In this document: piece after piece, positions 1 through 14,039 of the stretch
How the letters are laid out: each line of letters starts with the position of its first letter
Numbering within the stretch: the stretch's first letter is position 1
Source: Octopus sinensis
Taxonomy: Eukaryota
Length of the DNA stretch: 64,000 nt
Reading direction: 5' to 3'
Assembly (NCBI RefSeq): GCF_006345805.1
Contig: NC_043012.1
Coordinates: forward strand, 43,834,001-43,898,000
Notes under the pieces: model-generated
What the model was told of the DNA's origin: nothing
The model's database searches: none
Seen by the model: the letters and a program-made list of their open reading frames with translations, nothing else
Position numbers and translations under genes: made by a program

Positions 1-1250
1 TGTCTCATGTCGGGCTGTTGGTTCATCCGGCATTTTTGTGGCAGGCCATTGAAAAGCTGTGGGCCTTTGAACCCTAGACTATTGCAATACCTGGTCCTTA
101 ATTTAGATGGACTGGACAGTACCTTTGGTACAATGCAATGGCTGCCAGTACTGGCATTTGTATAACACTCAATGCCAAAGTTAGGTACTAGCCCTTCTAG
201 GATTTTCCATATGTATACTATTGCGTATCTGTCACGTCTTCGCTCCAAGGAGTAAAGCTGTAGTTTTCTCAGCCTATTCCTATAGCTCATCCACTGCACT
301 TTTTCAATCTTTTTAGTGTAGTGGCGTTGGAGTGCATCAAGTTCCGCTGTTAGTTTGGCACTATGTGGTGACCATAACTAGGAACAGTAGTCCAGGCGGC
401 CGAGAACAAAGGTTCTCCATGGGGTCAACATACTTTCTTGGTCTCTTGTCTTGAAGGATCTCAGTATCCATCCTACCTGTTATCTGCAATTTGCTGCCAT
501 CTTGCTTATGTGCATATGATATGATGCATCATTGCACATGCTGATCCCCAAGTCTTTCACTACTTGTGATCCTGGGATTGTAGTGCCTTCGGGTCCTGAA
601 AATGTACATTGTACTATATTTGTACTGAATTTATATTGCAGTGCTTGAAATTTTCCAGCATTAAACTGCATGTTGTTTATTTCGGCTCACGTGTATACTG
701 AGTTCAGGACCCACTGTAAGCTTATAATATCTTCTTGGTTTTTTACTGCCTGTGATAATTTTGTGTCATCGACATAGCTAGTGACAGTAGCTGTCCGAGT
801 GACTGCGGGCATGTCTAAGAGGGCTATTATGAACAGTAATGACCCCAGAACATTTCCCTGTGGGACACCACTGACGATACCAATTTCCTCACAAAGGGCG
901 CCATTGGCTGCAACCACCTGACTTCTGTTTTTAAGGAAGTCATGCAGCCATTCTCCCAAGGTCTCGTAGCTTATGACTTATCCTGCCATGATCTACCTTA
1001 TCAAATGCCTTTGCAAAGTCAAGGTATATCACACTGACATTTGAATGGTCAAGCAGCTGTTTTAAAACCCAGTTATAGTGCTGAAGGGCTGTGTGATGCA
1101 GGTTCTTCCTGGGCGGGAGCCATGCTAAGTATTGTTCAGTAGATAATTTTCTTCTGGGAACATTGTCAACTTCTTTCTGATGATTCGCTCCATGACTTTA
1201 CTGATATGCGAAGTCCTGGATAGTCATGTGAAAATATGGTAAGGTTCTAG
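1..1250 (-). mobile_element. Decayed CR1/L2-like non-LTR retrotransposon, reverse transcriptase region
   Basis: ORF 687-959 has SGVPQGNVLGSLLF and YVDDTK (RT motifs). Upstream minus-strand frames read IYLDFAKAFDKVDH and a QHG..GRTCITQ-like segment. Multiple stops and frameshifts; runs off the window start. Confidence 0.85.
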
Positions 1251-1393
1251 CTGCAGATTACTATACATGTAGTCTCTATGAGTGCACATGGAGCAACATA
1301 CGCGCGCTGCCATATTGGATGGCTAACTACAGCAATAAAATGTAGGAGAAAAATGAGTTTACACCTCAATAACTCTACCTTAGACAAAAATTA

Positions 1394-4060
1394 ATGAAAC
1401 TTTATGGCAACTCTTCCCACGGAGCTGTTGAGGGAAAGCTAATCACTTTAAAACATGAGCTCAGGACGATGAGCGAGAAACTCTGCTTTCGCAAGCGAAT
1501 TTTTGAGCGAGCTAGTATCAATCGCAAGTTTGCTTCCAGCCCGCAAGCATTATACAGAGATATGAGGAAGGAAAATATTACCATTAAGAAAGCTCCCTCC
1601 CAAGGAGATCTGCAATCATTCTGGTCAAAAATTTGGAACGAAAAGAGGGATCTCAACTTGATTGCATCATGGTTAAATATAATTCAGAGAGAATACTGTA
1701 CCAACATTAAGAGTAAAACATACAAAACTGATGCAGAAACCTTCGCTATAGCAGTAGGCAAACTGCAGAATGGGAAGGCACCTGGAAGGAAGCTAATGGT
1801 TGGATATTAGTACAAGAATCTGACATTTTATAGAAACCAATTGATATGTATGTTCAAAAGGACTATGGAAGATATACCACATTGGCTTGATACACCAAGG
1901 GCAAATCTTGCTGCCAAAAATAAAATCACTAAGATGGTAGGAAACTACAGGCGTATTACTTACCTAAATATTACGTAGAAACTGTGTACAAATTGCCTCA
2001 ACCAATTCCACCAGGACCATTGTGAGTCGAACAACATTGTGACTGATAAACAGGCTGCTGGAAAGAAGGGAGTGTGGTGGGTGCCAAACAACTTTTAATA
2101 AACAAAGTTGTTCTGTCTGAAGTAAGAAAACAACGCAGAAAACTTGTGACTGTATGACTTGACTATAAGAAGGCATTCGACTCTCATTCATAGCTAACCC
2201 CCATTCATGGCTGCTGAAATGCCTACATCTGGCAGAAGTACCTATAACCCTAATGGCTGCTATAGATAGACTCACAAAGACATGGACAACTATTCTTACC
2301 CTTACAACTGAGAAGAGAATAATTATTTTAGATATTATAGGCATTACAAAGGGAATATTGCTAGGAGATAGTCTTTCTGTACTTCTTTTCATTTTCGTAC
2401 TGAATCCATTTTCGTTCCTACTGCAGAAAACAAATGGTTACATGCTAGGATCTTCAACTGCCAGAAATATCAATATAACTCATATTTTCTTTGTAGACGA
2501 CCTCAAGATTTATGCTAAAAGTGTTAACAATGTCGAAAAGCAACTGGAATTAATAACATTTTCAGCTGATATAGGCATGGAATTTGCCCGAAAGAAATGT
2601 TCATATTTGGTTATAGAACGAAGAAAGTCAGTTCCCCCATACCCAAAACTTGTGCATCACCGGTCTCTCTATCTCCCCCATTCCACACAAAAATGTTACA
2701 AGTACTTAGGCATAAACGAAAATCTATCATATGAAGGCACTGTGAATAAAGATAGAGTGACCCGAGAATATTATACCAGACTTAGGAAAATATGGCAGTC
2801 GGAACTCTCCTCTAACAACAAAATAATATCGCACAATGCATTTGCAGTACCAGGGCTGATCCCAACATTTAGGATACTCAATTTGTCTGCAGAGGAAATC
2901 CACTCCATTGATATCAAAACCCGCAAAATCTTGACAACTGGGAACTTCCACAGAAACAGTGATGTTGACAGGTTCTACCTAAGAAGAAATGAAGGTGGTA
3001 GAGGCCTGCGATCAGTGCAGACGGCCTTCGAATGCCGTGTGGTATCACTCAGGCAGTACCTGATAAACAACAGCAGCAAAAATAAATATTTTAATGCAGT
3101 CCTGAAAAGTAAAGTGAGCAACATTGTACGAGTTGGTAGTGAACTCTTCAAGAAACACTCTCTTCCTGGTGATCCCCTATACAGCCCCAAAACAGCTGGG
3201 CTCTCTTGCCTCAGAGAAGACCTGGATGGAAAGCACTCAGCATATAAAAGAAAAGGCCGTGCATGTGTATTTTTCCCGAAAGCTTGAAGACAGTAGAATT
3301 GACACGGAGCGCAGCCTCTCTTGGATACAAGGCCACTACATCACATCACATTTTGAAAGCTATGCGTTTGCAATCCAGGAACAGGAGATTGCCATAAAGC
3401 ACCTAGTGAACAAGAGATACAGTGACGCTCGTGTAATCACAAGGTGCAACCGTATGTGTAGGCTATGTCACGTTTCCGTGGAAGACACCACGCATGTTAT
3501 TAGCAGCTGTCCTAAAATGTCGTCACGGTTACTATCTCCCTATGCGGCACGATGTTGTTGCTAAAACAATTTACTACGCCATCCGCAAAAAAGACTGTCC
3601 TGAAATAAACTTAGAAAATCCCTCTGTTATGGAATACATTCATAAACACCAACTCAAGGAATACTGGTAGAATATTCCCGTCAAAACGTCTGTCAAATGT
3701 AAGCATAACAGGCCGGATATTGTTGTTTGGGACAGAGGGGAAAAGGTATGTAAGATCATAGAGCTTAGCTGCCCTGCAGATATAAATATGTCTTTGAAAA
3801 TCAAAGTAAAAGAGGCTATCTATGAATAATTGCTTCGAAACCTCCAGATTCTCTATCCAGACTATGAATTCATATTCACACCAATAATAATTATAATTGG
3901 AGCACTAGATTTTGTCAGTAAATGCTTAAAGAAGAATCTGGTTAAACTGGGACTTTCAGAAAGAGGAACTGACCGGCTGATTCATACATTAGAAGTCCAA
4001 TCTATGAGTGGAACAGTAAAAATATGCAAGACTTTTCTCAAGTTCCAAATGTGAATTCGT
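1394..4060 (+). mobile_element. Decayed R4/Dong-clade (RLE-type) non-LTR retrotransposon
   Basis: Frameshifted ORFs 1394-1810, 2253-3287 (GILLGDSLSVLLF, HIFFVDDLKIYA), 3124-3564 (CRLCHVSVEDTTHVISSC, CCHC knuckle). RPDIVVWDRGEKVCKIIELSCP near 3710-3780 (PD-(D/E)xK restriction-like endonuclease). C-terminus IIIGALDF in 3830-4054. Confidence 0.9.
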
Positions 4061-4637
4061 CTGTATTAACTACAGCCCAAAGATGGAGCCTTGTATCTTT
4101 GTTGGAAACCAGCTCCCTTCTCAGTGTACATACGATTTATAATATAGTCATTAAGAATTTTATAAGATTTTCAACTTTATTGTTATATTTCCTTTGCTAT
4201 TATATTGTTATTGCTAATAAATTGCTATTTAGTGGTTAAATGTGCAGAGTGTTTTCAGGAATTACAGCACATATTCATGTATATGTATCCTCTAATATAC
4301 ACAGAATTAGATTTCTCAGAAATGCTTTCTATACAGCAAGGTATGGTGTATCAAATAAGCCTAATCTAATTTTCTAGTTTTATCTTTCCTTTTATCAACG
4401 AGCTTCAATTTAATTTTGTATCCATGGAAGTGAATATGTATCTTTGTATGGGAACTACATAAACCTGCACCGATCAGAAGCGTCTCTGGAATTACAGAAA
4501 TTAAAATTATTACTGTTAAATTTTTGAATGGGTAATGTATACATACACATATACATTTTATTTCCTTTAAGTACCAATAAGTAACAAACTATTTTTGTCG
4601 TGAGTTGGTAAAACCTTCGAGTGACCTTATTTTACAG

Positions 4638-6640
4638 TTATTGTGACATGACTGAAGACTATATCATAAGATGTATTGGCCAATTAATACCAGTCGATGT
4701 ACAGTTGATCTTATATGAAAGAAACCTAGGAGAACCTGCAGCGCACGAAATAAAATATTTCAAAGTAAGCAATCCAATTTGACACGTAATATAGAAGTTC
4801 CAACAGGTTTCCCTGTAGAATCAAATATTTAGACATCACAATAAGTTCACAGCACACTAATTACATAATATTACTAAGATTCTCACAAAAAATACCTTTT
4901 TGAGGGAACATTAATAACACACTATTATCAACATCTTATGAAAACCTGTCTACAATATACGGTGGATATAAAATCTAAGCTCTTGGAAGAAAATTTATAA
5001 CTCTGACACCTGTACTGAAGAACTTTATTGAAAAATTGCGTTATCAGAACTGACAATATCACCGGACGTAATGATAAACTAGATTTAAAAAACACTGAAA
5101 ACTGGAAAAAAACAAAAACAAAAAGCAAAATAAAACAAATAGCGAAAACAAAGACATCAGTTACAAAGAGCCGATATTTATTCATTCTAGTCTTAATTAC
5201 AGATTGAAATGAACGATTTCAACTATAATTCATTATAACCAAAGCGAATCAACGCCGTTATTATCTACGAAATTTATACTAGAGCTGCAGGGAATCTGTA
5301 GAAAAGAAAAGCAAAAGGAAGCAAGATACAGACTGTCGCTTATCCATTAATGTCTAATTTAATAAAAATATGAATGGTGGTTTTTGTGTATCAAACTGAT
5401 TTGTCGTAACGCTGATAATAACAGAAAACTATAAGTCGATTACTTGCTTGAACATTATGTATGAGCCCTGCATAAGAGGTTAGTGTTAAATGTCACATGT
5501 TCCAAAAGACGGTAATTAATGAGTAAAGAAGTGGGTGTATGTACCGAACAATATTTAATAAAGCTCTACTATTTGAGGGGAAAACAACAATAAAATAGCA
5601 GCATTATCAACAGCTCCAAAGCATTGTTACAGACTGGCATGATTATGAAACAGCGGCTGAATGTATTCCTTATTGAAGAAATCAATAAACTTGGTGGAAA
5701 TATCAGTTGAATAAGTGAAAGGGTCACAAAGTGTGGTCAACCGGCTTAACGTATCAGATTAAAAACCCGAAAAGTCTTTAGATCTGTCAAAAGAAATATT
5801 CCAAAGGAGAGAGCTTCTCCAAGGTTTTATGTTGTTCATTTTGACGTAAAACCCACTATAATTTCTTTATGTAAACCGACAAAATATTAAGCCTATCCTT
5901 TATCTTTGTGTAACCAATTGAAAATATTAACAGAGCTAAGAGATAATTGGATTTAATATCAATTTTTTTTTTAGTTTATATAGCATATTTGTAAAAAGTA
6001 TTTATGTTTTAGAACCACACGTTGGGAAATTTATCTCCAAGGCGACAGCATCCACATCAAAGGTTTCTTTGATACACTGCTCCAAAAATGGACTGCTAAG
6101 GTGACAAAAATGCATCAGAAAACGATAAGCATGAATAAGCAAGAAAACTTAGTAGTAGAAGCTGTCCTTTTGTAACAAGAAAATAACTCACAATGAATTT
6201 TCAGTACCAGACCTGATACCAATAACTGAGTTACTACACTTGACTATAAAAGAGATCCTTTCCAGTGACATTAAAATCTACGAAGTCCGAACATCAATTA
6301 GAAATAACATTATTTAGAGACTGGGTTGTATGGTACCCAGTCAAATAGAAGTTGTTAAATGACACCCATGAAAATAAGTCATCATCATCAATAAACATAT
6401 AGAAAGACTGGTATTTAATTCTTTCTTTCTGTTTTGTCTTGCGGACCGAATTCAATTGCGGACATTACCACCGATGATCGGATGTTGAAACTTTCACAAA
6501 TTATACAAGAATAACAAAGAAAGGACACCATAATATTATAGGATACCTTTGGCACAGAAACTCAGTCAAGTGACAGAACCTCTGTTTCACAAGAAAAGTC
6601 CACATGCTGTATATACTCACACCCTAAACAAAAGGATTAA
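4638..6640 (+). pseudogene. Possible decayed coding relic of unknown identity
   Basis: Open 127-nt segment 4638-4764 flanked by ttattttacAG and GTaagc. Further protein-like but stop-interrupted frames at about 6013-6340 and 6478-6625. No recognisable domain. Confidence 0.2.
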
Positions 6641-6719
6641 GATTGCGTTGATATGCCTCTATTTTCTGTAAATATCTATAATTCTGCTTGTTCGTTCGTT
6701 CACGCTCTACGCTTTAGCT

Positions 6720-7160
6720 AGACAGAGTAAGGAGAAGTGGAGTAAGTGAAACTTGGAGTGAAAGAGAAAAGGGAAGTGATAGGGAGGGGAGTGAGAGAGA
6801 GAGACGGAGGGAGGGGAAGTGTGTGAAAGGTGGAGCGAGAGAGAGGGAAGAAGGACGAAGAGTGAGAGAAAGAAGTAGAGAAGAATAAAGAGAGAAAGAA
6901 GAGAATACGTTAAGCTGTCACAGGGTTAGTTGAAGAGCGAAGTGTAAAGCGTGAGAAAAAAAGGGGTGGAGAGAAGTGTTAATGATGTGAGGTAGAGAGA
7001 AAGTAATAGCTATTGTGTGATTAAAAAGTTAGTTGAAGGGAAAGATATAGAGAATGAGAGTTAGAAATACAATGTTTAGCAGAGGAGTGATGTTCTGGTG
7101 GTGCGGTTGAAGAGAGAGAGAGAGAGAAAGAAAGAGAAAGAGAGAGAGAAAGAGAGAGAA
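6720..7160. repeat. Purine-rich (GA)n-like low-complexity tract
   Basis: Direct reading: degenerate GA/GAAA runs. Confidence 0.8.
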
Positions 7161-9381
7161 AAGAGGCAGTTACATTGAGAATGAGAAGCAGAGGGAGAGA
7201 GAACATAATGATGTCATTGCCAGCCGATGCATTACGCTGTCAACGTAGTTAGTAGAAACGAGAGGTGAAACGACGAGAAGATGAGAATGGCATGATTAAA
7301 AAGTTTGTTAAAGTAAGTGGTAGAGAGAAAAAAAGAGAAAGGAAATAAAAAGTGTTTAACAGAAGGAAATTTTAAATATCATTCGTCAGAGTAGATAGAT
7401 ACATCGACAGCAAGAAGAGTAGATATGAAACAAACTACTGAAATGGAATGAAATGAAAAATAATCTTGGTTTGCAAACAACCTAGACTGAGCTTTGTTAC
7501 TGAAAGCTGTAATGATGGTGGTGAAGTGGGATGGTGAGTGAATAGTGAAAAGTGTAGTTTTATTGAACTAAATTTTTTATATTGCTTATCACGTAACGCA
7601 TGCACATAAATGCAATTATTCATCATGTGCTCGCTTGAAAATTGACATCTATTTATAAAATATGAATGACAGACAACTTAAGCTAACAAAAGACATAATA
7701 AGTTGGCATAGGCAACGACCTAAAGGGAAGCATAGGTCGAATCACTAGAATAAGCTCGGGAGCAGCAACATAGAAGAGAAAATATGAGAAATCAGTGGGT
7801 ATTGACAACATATAAGAGAACGTGCTCAAAATGAAATAGAAAATGAAAATGAGAACGTCGAAAAAACTGCAAACATATTCTTTTCTACTCTAGGCACAAG
7901 GCCCGAAATTTTGGGGGAGGGAGCCAGTCGATTAGATGGACCCCATTGCACAAATGGTACTTAATCTATCGACCCCGAAAGGATGAAAGGCAAAGTCGAC
8001 CTCGGCGGAATTTGAACTACAAACATATTGCAACATTGGTGATAAGAATATTATTTTCAATCATTGTGAAGTTCTTAGATTTATAAACGAACGTCTGAAC
8101 TGCTGAGAGAATGAGAAAGTCATGCCCCTTCATTTACACCCTTATCCAGAGGAAATAAGGAAGAAGATACAATTTCAAAAGCAACACTACTTTTTATGGT
8201 TCTATGTTAACTTCCAACAATCTAAAAGTATTCGTATTTATCGTGGAATTTCCACGAGTATTCTTAGTTACTAATAAATCATAAACACAGACTCTACGTC
8301 TCTCTGACATCACACATTGCGGCACAATGTCCATATTCACATTTTCCATTCTATTCTGATCTCTGGTTCTCATCTACCGAGAAAAGCTGATATTTACCGA
8401 GACCAACGTAAATTTTTGATTTCTGTCTCATTATATGAATACCTTTATACACACGCATGGTCTAAGCAGATATCTCCAATGTCTATTGAGCTGATGATAC
8501 TGATACCCACTAACCGCAACACAAGCACGCGCACACACACTATTCTTTTTGTGTATTCATAGAAAAGTACTACTATTTATCTACTGTATTATATTAAATA
8601 TCTCCAGCCTTCTCTGACATGTTCAATACTACCATTTTTGCTTATGAAATCACTCACATATCATTGTTGTTGTTGCTGTTGTGTGTGTCCGCAGGGGTGT
8701 CTGTACGTGAAGATCATTCAGTAGCTATCGTCTATGCGTCTGATTATTGGTCATCATTTCGAAGCTTGATATTATGAACTTTAAGCAACCTGATGTATTA
8801 ATATTATTCTTGAATCCGTTTACATCTATTTAAATTCTATAATTCATTATATTGTGTGCTATTGTCTTCGGGCATACGTAACTTGCTTGATCTGTGTGTA
8901 TATATATATATATATACACATTCAGAATTAGAGCAAGCAATATCTCCGTCAAGGATTGTTAAAAACAATCCAGAGGTCAACTGGGTTTAACCAAATATAT
9001 TGGTAAAATGTTCCTCAATTTATATATATGTATAAACAGTCTGAAGGTAAATATTTTCATTATCTTGGAGCAACAGCGTGTTACGTGAAATAACGTATCG
9101 CGAACCATGAAGCCTCATTTCGAAATATTAATAAACGTAATAGCACAGGCCTTGCTAAATTTGTTTGGAATCTTATAGATAGTAATAAAACCAATAAAAT
9201 TAGATGGAAAGTTCTAAATAATGGTCAGTTATTATAGGTATAACTTCTAATTTGCATTACTTTTACAAATAAAATGAACCAAGGATCTTTTTTTATTTTT
9301 CTTCATTTTCTTTTATATGTTTATATGTGTTTGTGTGTATGTGTGCGACAGTGTGTGTGCGTTCGAGAGAGAGAGAGAGAG
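7150..9381 (+). repeat. Tandem duplication unit, copy 1 (about 2232 bp)
   Basis: Identical ORFs recur at offsets 2232, 2232 and 2231 (7435/9667, 8317/10549, 9274/11505). Confidence 0.97.
7876..8018 (-). mobile_element. SINE family A, 3' part
   Basis: Matches the 3' portion of the SINE at 41226-41618 (gttcaaattccgccgaggtcgactttgcctttcatcctttcggggtcgat). Confidence 0.85.
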
Positions 9382-11612
9382 AAGAGAGAGAAAAGAGGCA
9401 GTTACATTGAGAATGAGAAGCAGAGGGAGAGAGAACATAATGATGTCATTGCCAGCCGATGCATTACGCTGTCAACGTAGTTAGTAGAAACGAGAGGTGA
9501 AACGACGAGAAGATGAGAATGGCATGATTAAAAAGTTTGTTAAAGTAAGTGGTAGAGAGAAAAAAAGAGAAAGGAAATAAAAAGTGTTTAACAGAAGGAA
9601 ATTTTAAATATCATTCGTCAGAGTAGATAGATACATCGACAGCAAGAAGAGTAGATATGAAACAAACTACTGAAATGGAATGAAATGAAAAATAATCTTG
9701 GTTTGCAAACAACCTAGACTGAGCTTTGTTACTGAAAGCTGTAATGATGGTGGTGAAGTGGGATGGTGAGTGAATAGTGAAAAGTGTAGTTTTATTGAAC
9801 TAAATTTTTTATATTGCTTATCACGTAACGCATGCACATAAATGCAATTATTCATCATGTGCTCGCTTGAAAATTGACATCTATTTATAAAATATGAATG
9901 ACAGACAACTTAAGCTAACAAAAGACATAATAAGTTGGCATAGGCAACGACCTAAAGGGAAGCATAGGGTCGAATCACTAGAATAAGCTCGGGAGCAGCA
10001 ACATAGAAGAGAAAATATGAGAAATCAGTGGGTATTGACAACATATAAGAGAACGTGCTCAAAATGAAATAGAAAATGAAAATGAGAACGTCGAAAAAAC
10101 TGCAAACATATTCTTTTCTACTCTAGGCACAAGGCCCGAAATTTTGGGGGAGGGAGCCAGTCGATTAGATGGACCCCATTGCACAAATGGTACTTAATCT
10201 ATCGACCCCGAAAGGATGAAAGGCAAAGTCGACCTCGGCGGAATTTGAACTACAAACATATTGCAACATTGGTGATAAGAATATTATTTTCAATCATTGT
10301 GAAGTTCTTAGATTTATAAACGAACGTCTGAACTGCTGAGAGAATGAGAAAGTCATGCCCCTTCATTTACACCCTATCCAGAGGAAATAAGGAAGAAGAT
10401 ACAATTTCAAAAGCAACACTACTTTTTATGGTTCTATGTTAACTTCCAACAATCTAAAAGTATTCGTATTTATCGTGGAATTTCCACGAGTATTCTTAGT
10501 TACTAATAAATCATAAACACAGACTCTACGTCTCTCTGACATCACACATTGCGGCACAATGTCCATATTCACATTTTCCATTCTATTCTGATCTCTGGTT
10601 CTCATCTACCGAGAAAAGCTGATATTTACCGAGACCAACGTAAATTTTTGATTTCTGTCTCATTATATGAATACCTTTATACACACGCATGGTCTAAGCA
10701 GATATCTCCAATGTCTATTGAGCTGATGATACTGATACCCACTAACCGCAACACAAGCACGCGCACACACACTATTCTTTTTGTGTATTCATAGAAAAGT
10801 ACTACTATTTATCTACTGTATTATATTAAATATCTCCAGCCTTCTCTGACATGTTCAATACTACCATTTTTGCTTATGAAATCACTCACATATCATTGTT
10901 GTTGTTGCTGTTGTGTGTGTCCGCAGGGGTGTCTGTACGTGAAGATCATTCAGTAGCTATCGTCTATGCGTCTGATTATTGGTCATCATTTCGAAGCTTG
11001 ATATTATGAACTTTAAGCAACCTGATGTATTAATATTATTCTTGAATCCGTTTACATCTATTTAAATTCTATAATTCATTATATTGTGTGCTATTGTCTT
11101 CGGGCATACGTAACTTGCTTGATCTGTGTGTATATATATATATATATACACATTCAGAATTAGAGCAAGCAATATCTCCGTCAAGGATTGTTAAAAACAA
11201 TCCAGAGGTCAACTGGGTTAACCAAATATATTGGTAAAATGTTCCTCAATTTATATATATGTATAAACAGTCTGAAGGTAAATATTTTCATTATCTTGGA
11301 GCAACAGCGTGTTACGTGAAATAACGTATCGCGAACCATGAAGCCTCATTTCGAAATATTAATAAACGTAATAGCACAGGCCTTGCTAAATTTGTTTGGA
11401 ATCTTATAGATAGTAATAAAACCAATAAAATTAGATGGAAAGTTCTAAATAATGGTCAGTTATTATAGGTATAACTTCTAATTTGCATTACTTTTACAAA
11501 TAAAATGAACCAAGGATCTTTTTTTATTTTTCTTCATTTTCTTTTATATGTTTATATGTGTTTGTGTGTATGTGTGCGACAGTGTGTGTGCGTTCGAGAG
11601 AGAGAGAGAGAG
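9382..11612 (+). repeat. Tandem duplication unit, copy 2
   Basis: Near-identical to copy 1; only three 1-nt homopolymer indels noticed. Both ends lie in (GA)n. Confidence 0.97.
10108..10251 (-). mobile_element. SINE family A, 3' part (duplicate copy)
   Basis: Same sequence as 7876-8018, inside the tandem duplication. Confidence 0.85.
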
Positions 11613-11616
11613 AGAG

Positions 11617-11670
<54 letters not shown>

Positions 11671-11735
11671 CGTGTGTGTGTGTGTGCGTGTGTGTGTGTG
11701 TGTGTGTGCGCGCGCGCGTGCGTGTGTGCGTGTGA
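11596..11735. repeat. Compound (GA)n-(TG)n microsatellite
   Basis: Direct reading. Confidence 0.95.
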
Positions 11736-11789
11736 ACAGAACCGGAAAACGGAAAACTTCGCAAGAATGTCAACATCTTCCGAAAATTC

Positions 11790-11821
<32 letters not shown>

Positions 11822-11823
<2 letters not shown>

Positions 11824-13955
11824 ACCTAATACTATAAACAAAAACACCCTACTAGTATCCTTCGATGTAGTCAACCTCTATTCCAATATCCCCCACAACC
11901 TAGGAATAGAGGCAATTCAATTCTGGCTAGAGAATCACGCCAACGAACTCCCACATCGCATCAAAAAAGAATTCGTGATAGAAGGGTTTAAATTCATCCT
12001 GGAAAATAACTTCTTCGCCTTCAAAGACAACTTCTACCGACAAAAATCGGGGACTGCTATGGATACGCGAATGGCCCCTTCCTTTGCCAACCTAGTCATG
12101 GGATATTTAGAAATCAGTCTGTATCGTAAGGTTCTAGAAAGATATGGCAGCCCTTTCTCCCTCTACATAGAAAACAACTGGAACAGATACCTAGATGACT
12201 GTTTCATCCTTTGGCATGAAAATATAGAGAAACTCAAAGAATTCCAAGCAATTTTAAATGGACTGGACGTAAACATCCAATTCACGATGGAATATAGCCA
12301 GCAACAACTCCCCTTCCTCGATATCCTTATTAAGAAATCTAACAATGTAATAGAAACAGATATATACTATAAGCCTACAGATTCTAAGCAATATCTTCCT
12401 TTCAATTCATGCCACCCCAGACACACCAGAATGAACATCCCCTTCAATCTAGCAAAAAGGATATGCACTATAGTTTCTAATGCAAACACCAGAGACACAT
12501 GACTACAAGGACTAAAAGATACTCTCATTACCAGGAACTACCCACCTTCACTTATTGACATATGCATCCAACGTGCCCTCCAACTCAACATCCAGGAACT
12601 CAGACATCCCGAATCAAAGAAAAATTTACGACCAAAACCCTTACCATACATCTCCACACACAACCCTCTCAACAATGAAGCCTTCGACACCATCCTCCAA
12701 AACATACCCCTGCTAAAAAAGACCACAGAATGAACACAATCCTCCAAACACACACGATCATAAAAAGCAAGAGACAGCCTAAATCTATGAAAAGTCTCCT
12801 AACACAAGCCCGAATACACTCTACAACACAGAAGGCGACAGTAAAAAAAATGTGGAAGACCCAATTGCGGGATATGCGATTATCTAATTGAAGAATCAGA
12901 GTTCTCCTTCAAACAGGGACAACGGTTTACAGTGAAAAGCAACTTCACATGTGCTTCGGAGAACCTGATATACACACTAACTGCTCTGAGTGTCAAGAGC
13001 ATTACATAGGCCAAACGAAAAATAGTTTGCGTAAAAGAATGGCCCTGCACAGATCCCAGATAAAAATTCTCCAAAACAGAAAAATAACATTCAGCCAACA
13101 CATAGATACTTGCGCCAACAACAAAACACCAAACTTCAGGATTTTCCCCCTCTACCAATTCAGGGACGATACAACCTCGAGCCAACGAATAAGTAAAGAA
13201 ACTCTCTTTATTACAAAATATAAGCCCCTTCTGAACGGGTCTACAATAAACGATATATACCCCTCTGCTTTAGAATAACACAAATACACACGCAAATATT
13301 ACACTCCTAAGAATCCACTACAAATCAGCCGCAATCACAGCTATAACCCATAGCGTGCCAACTTTAAGTCATACAACACCTCACTACTTCCACTCATTCA
13401 TTTTCTCCCTCCTCTTTCTTCTTCTTCTTGTTTCCCTTCTTCATCATCATCATCATCATCATCAACATCGTCATCATCATCATCATCATCTTCTTCTTCT
13501 TCCTCTTCATCTTCTTCTCCCCCTTCTACTTCCTAACTTTATCACTAATGCTTTTTAGTATAACACCTACGCAAATTCTATAGACAAACCTTTCAATAGA
13601 AATACTCTCATGAACTGCTAGCCGCCACTGACCATTCAAAATACAACAATCAAGGCACTCCCAAAATTCCCCCCCCCCTTCTCATCATCCTTCTTCTTCT
13701 TCCCTACCAAGACTTCACAACGACCTCGAACCCACAAGTGTGAACAAGAGAGACAGAGCAAGGCAGAAACAAGGAAAATTCCACTTATATTTGAACACTA
13801 TACAAATATTCCTTTAAAAAAACATTCCTTTTAATTTTTCAAAATTTAATTATTTAATCGTTACAGTTGAAAAGGTCTCAAAATGACTGAAACCGGTACT
13901 GAAATGTTCTTTATAAAATTATTTTAGCATTTTCTATTTTGACTTATTTTTTCAT
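11822..13955 (+). mobile_element. 5'-truncated Neptune-type Penelope-like element (RT C-half, GIY-YIG, 3' UTR)
   Basis: LLVSFDVVNLYSNIPH, WNRYLDDCF and LPFLDILI in ORF 11558-12502. CGRPNCGIC linker at about 12851. NLIY...YIGQT endonuclease at 12949-13278. Several frameshifts; both ends abut (TA)n. Confidence 0.93.
13859..13906 (+). ncRNA. Minimal type I hammerhead ribozyme motif, U3-A8 variant
   Basis: cgttacag-TTGAAAA-ggtc/tcaaaat/gact-GAAA-ccgg-TA-ctgaaatg. Stems I and II pair; palindromic ACCGGT stem III; located in a PLE 3' UTR. Confidence 0.7.
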
Positions 13956-14039
13956 ATATATATAAACTAAAGCAAGCTTGTATCTGTGTATATATTTTTA
14001 TGCCGCACGTTACCTCCCAAAACCGCCTACAACTTAACA

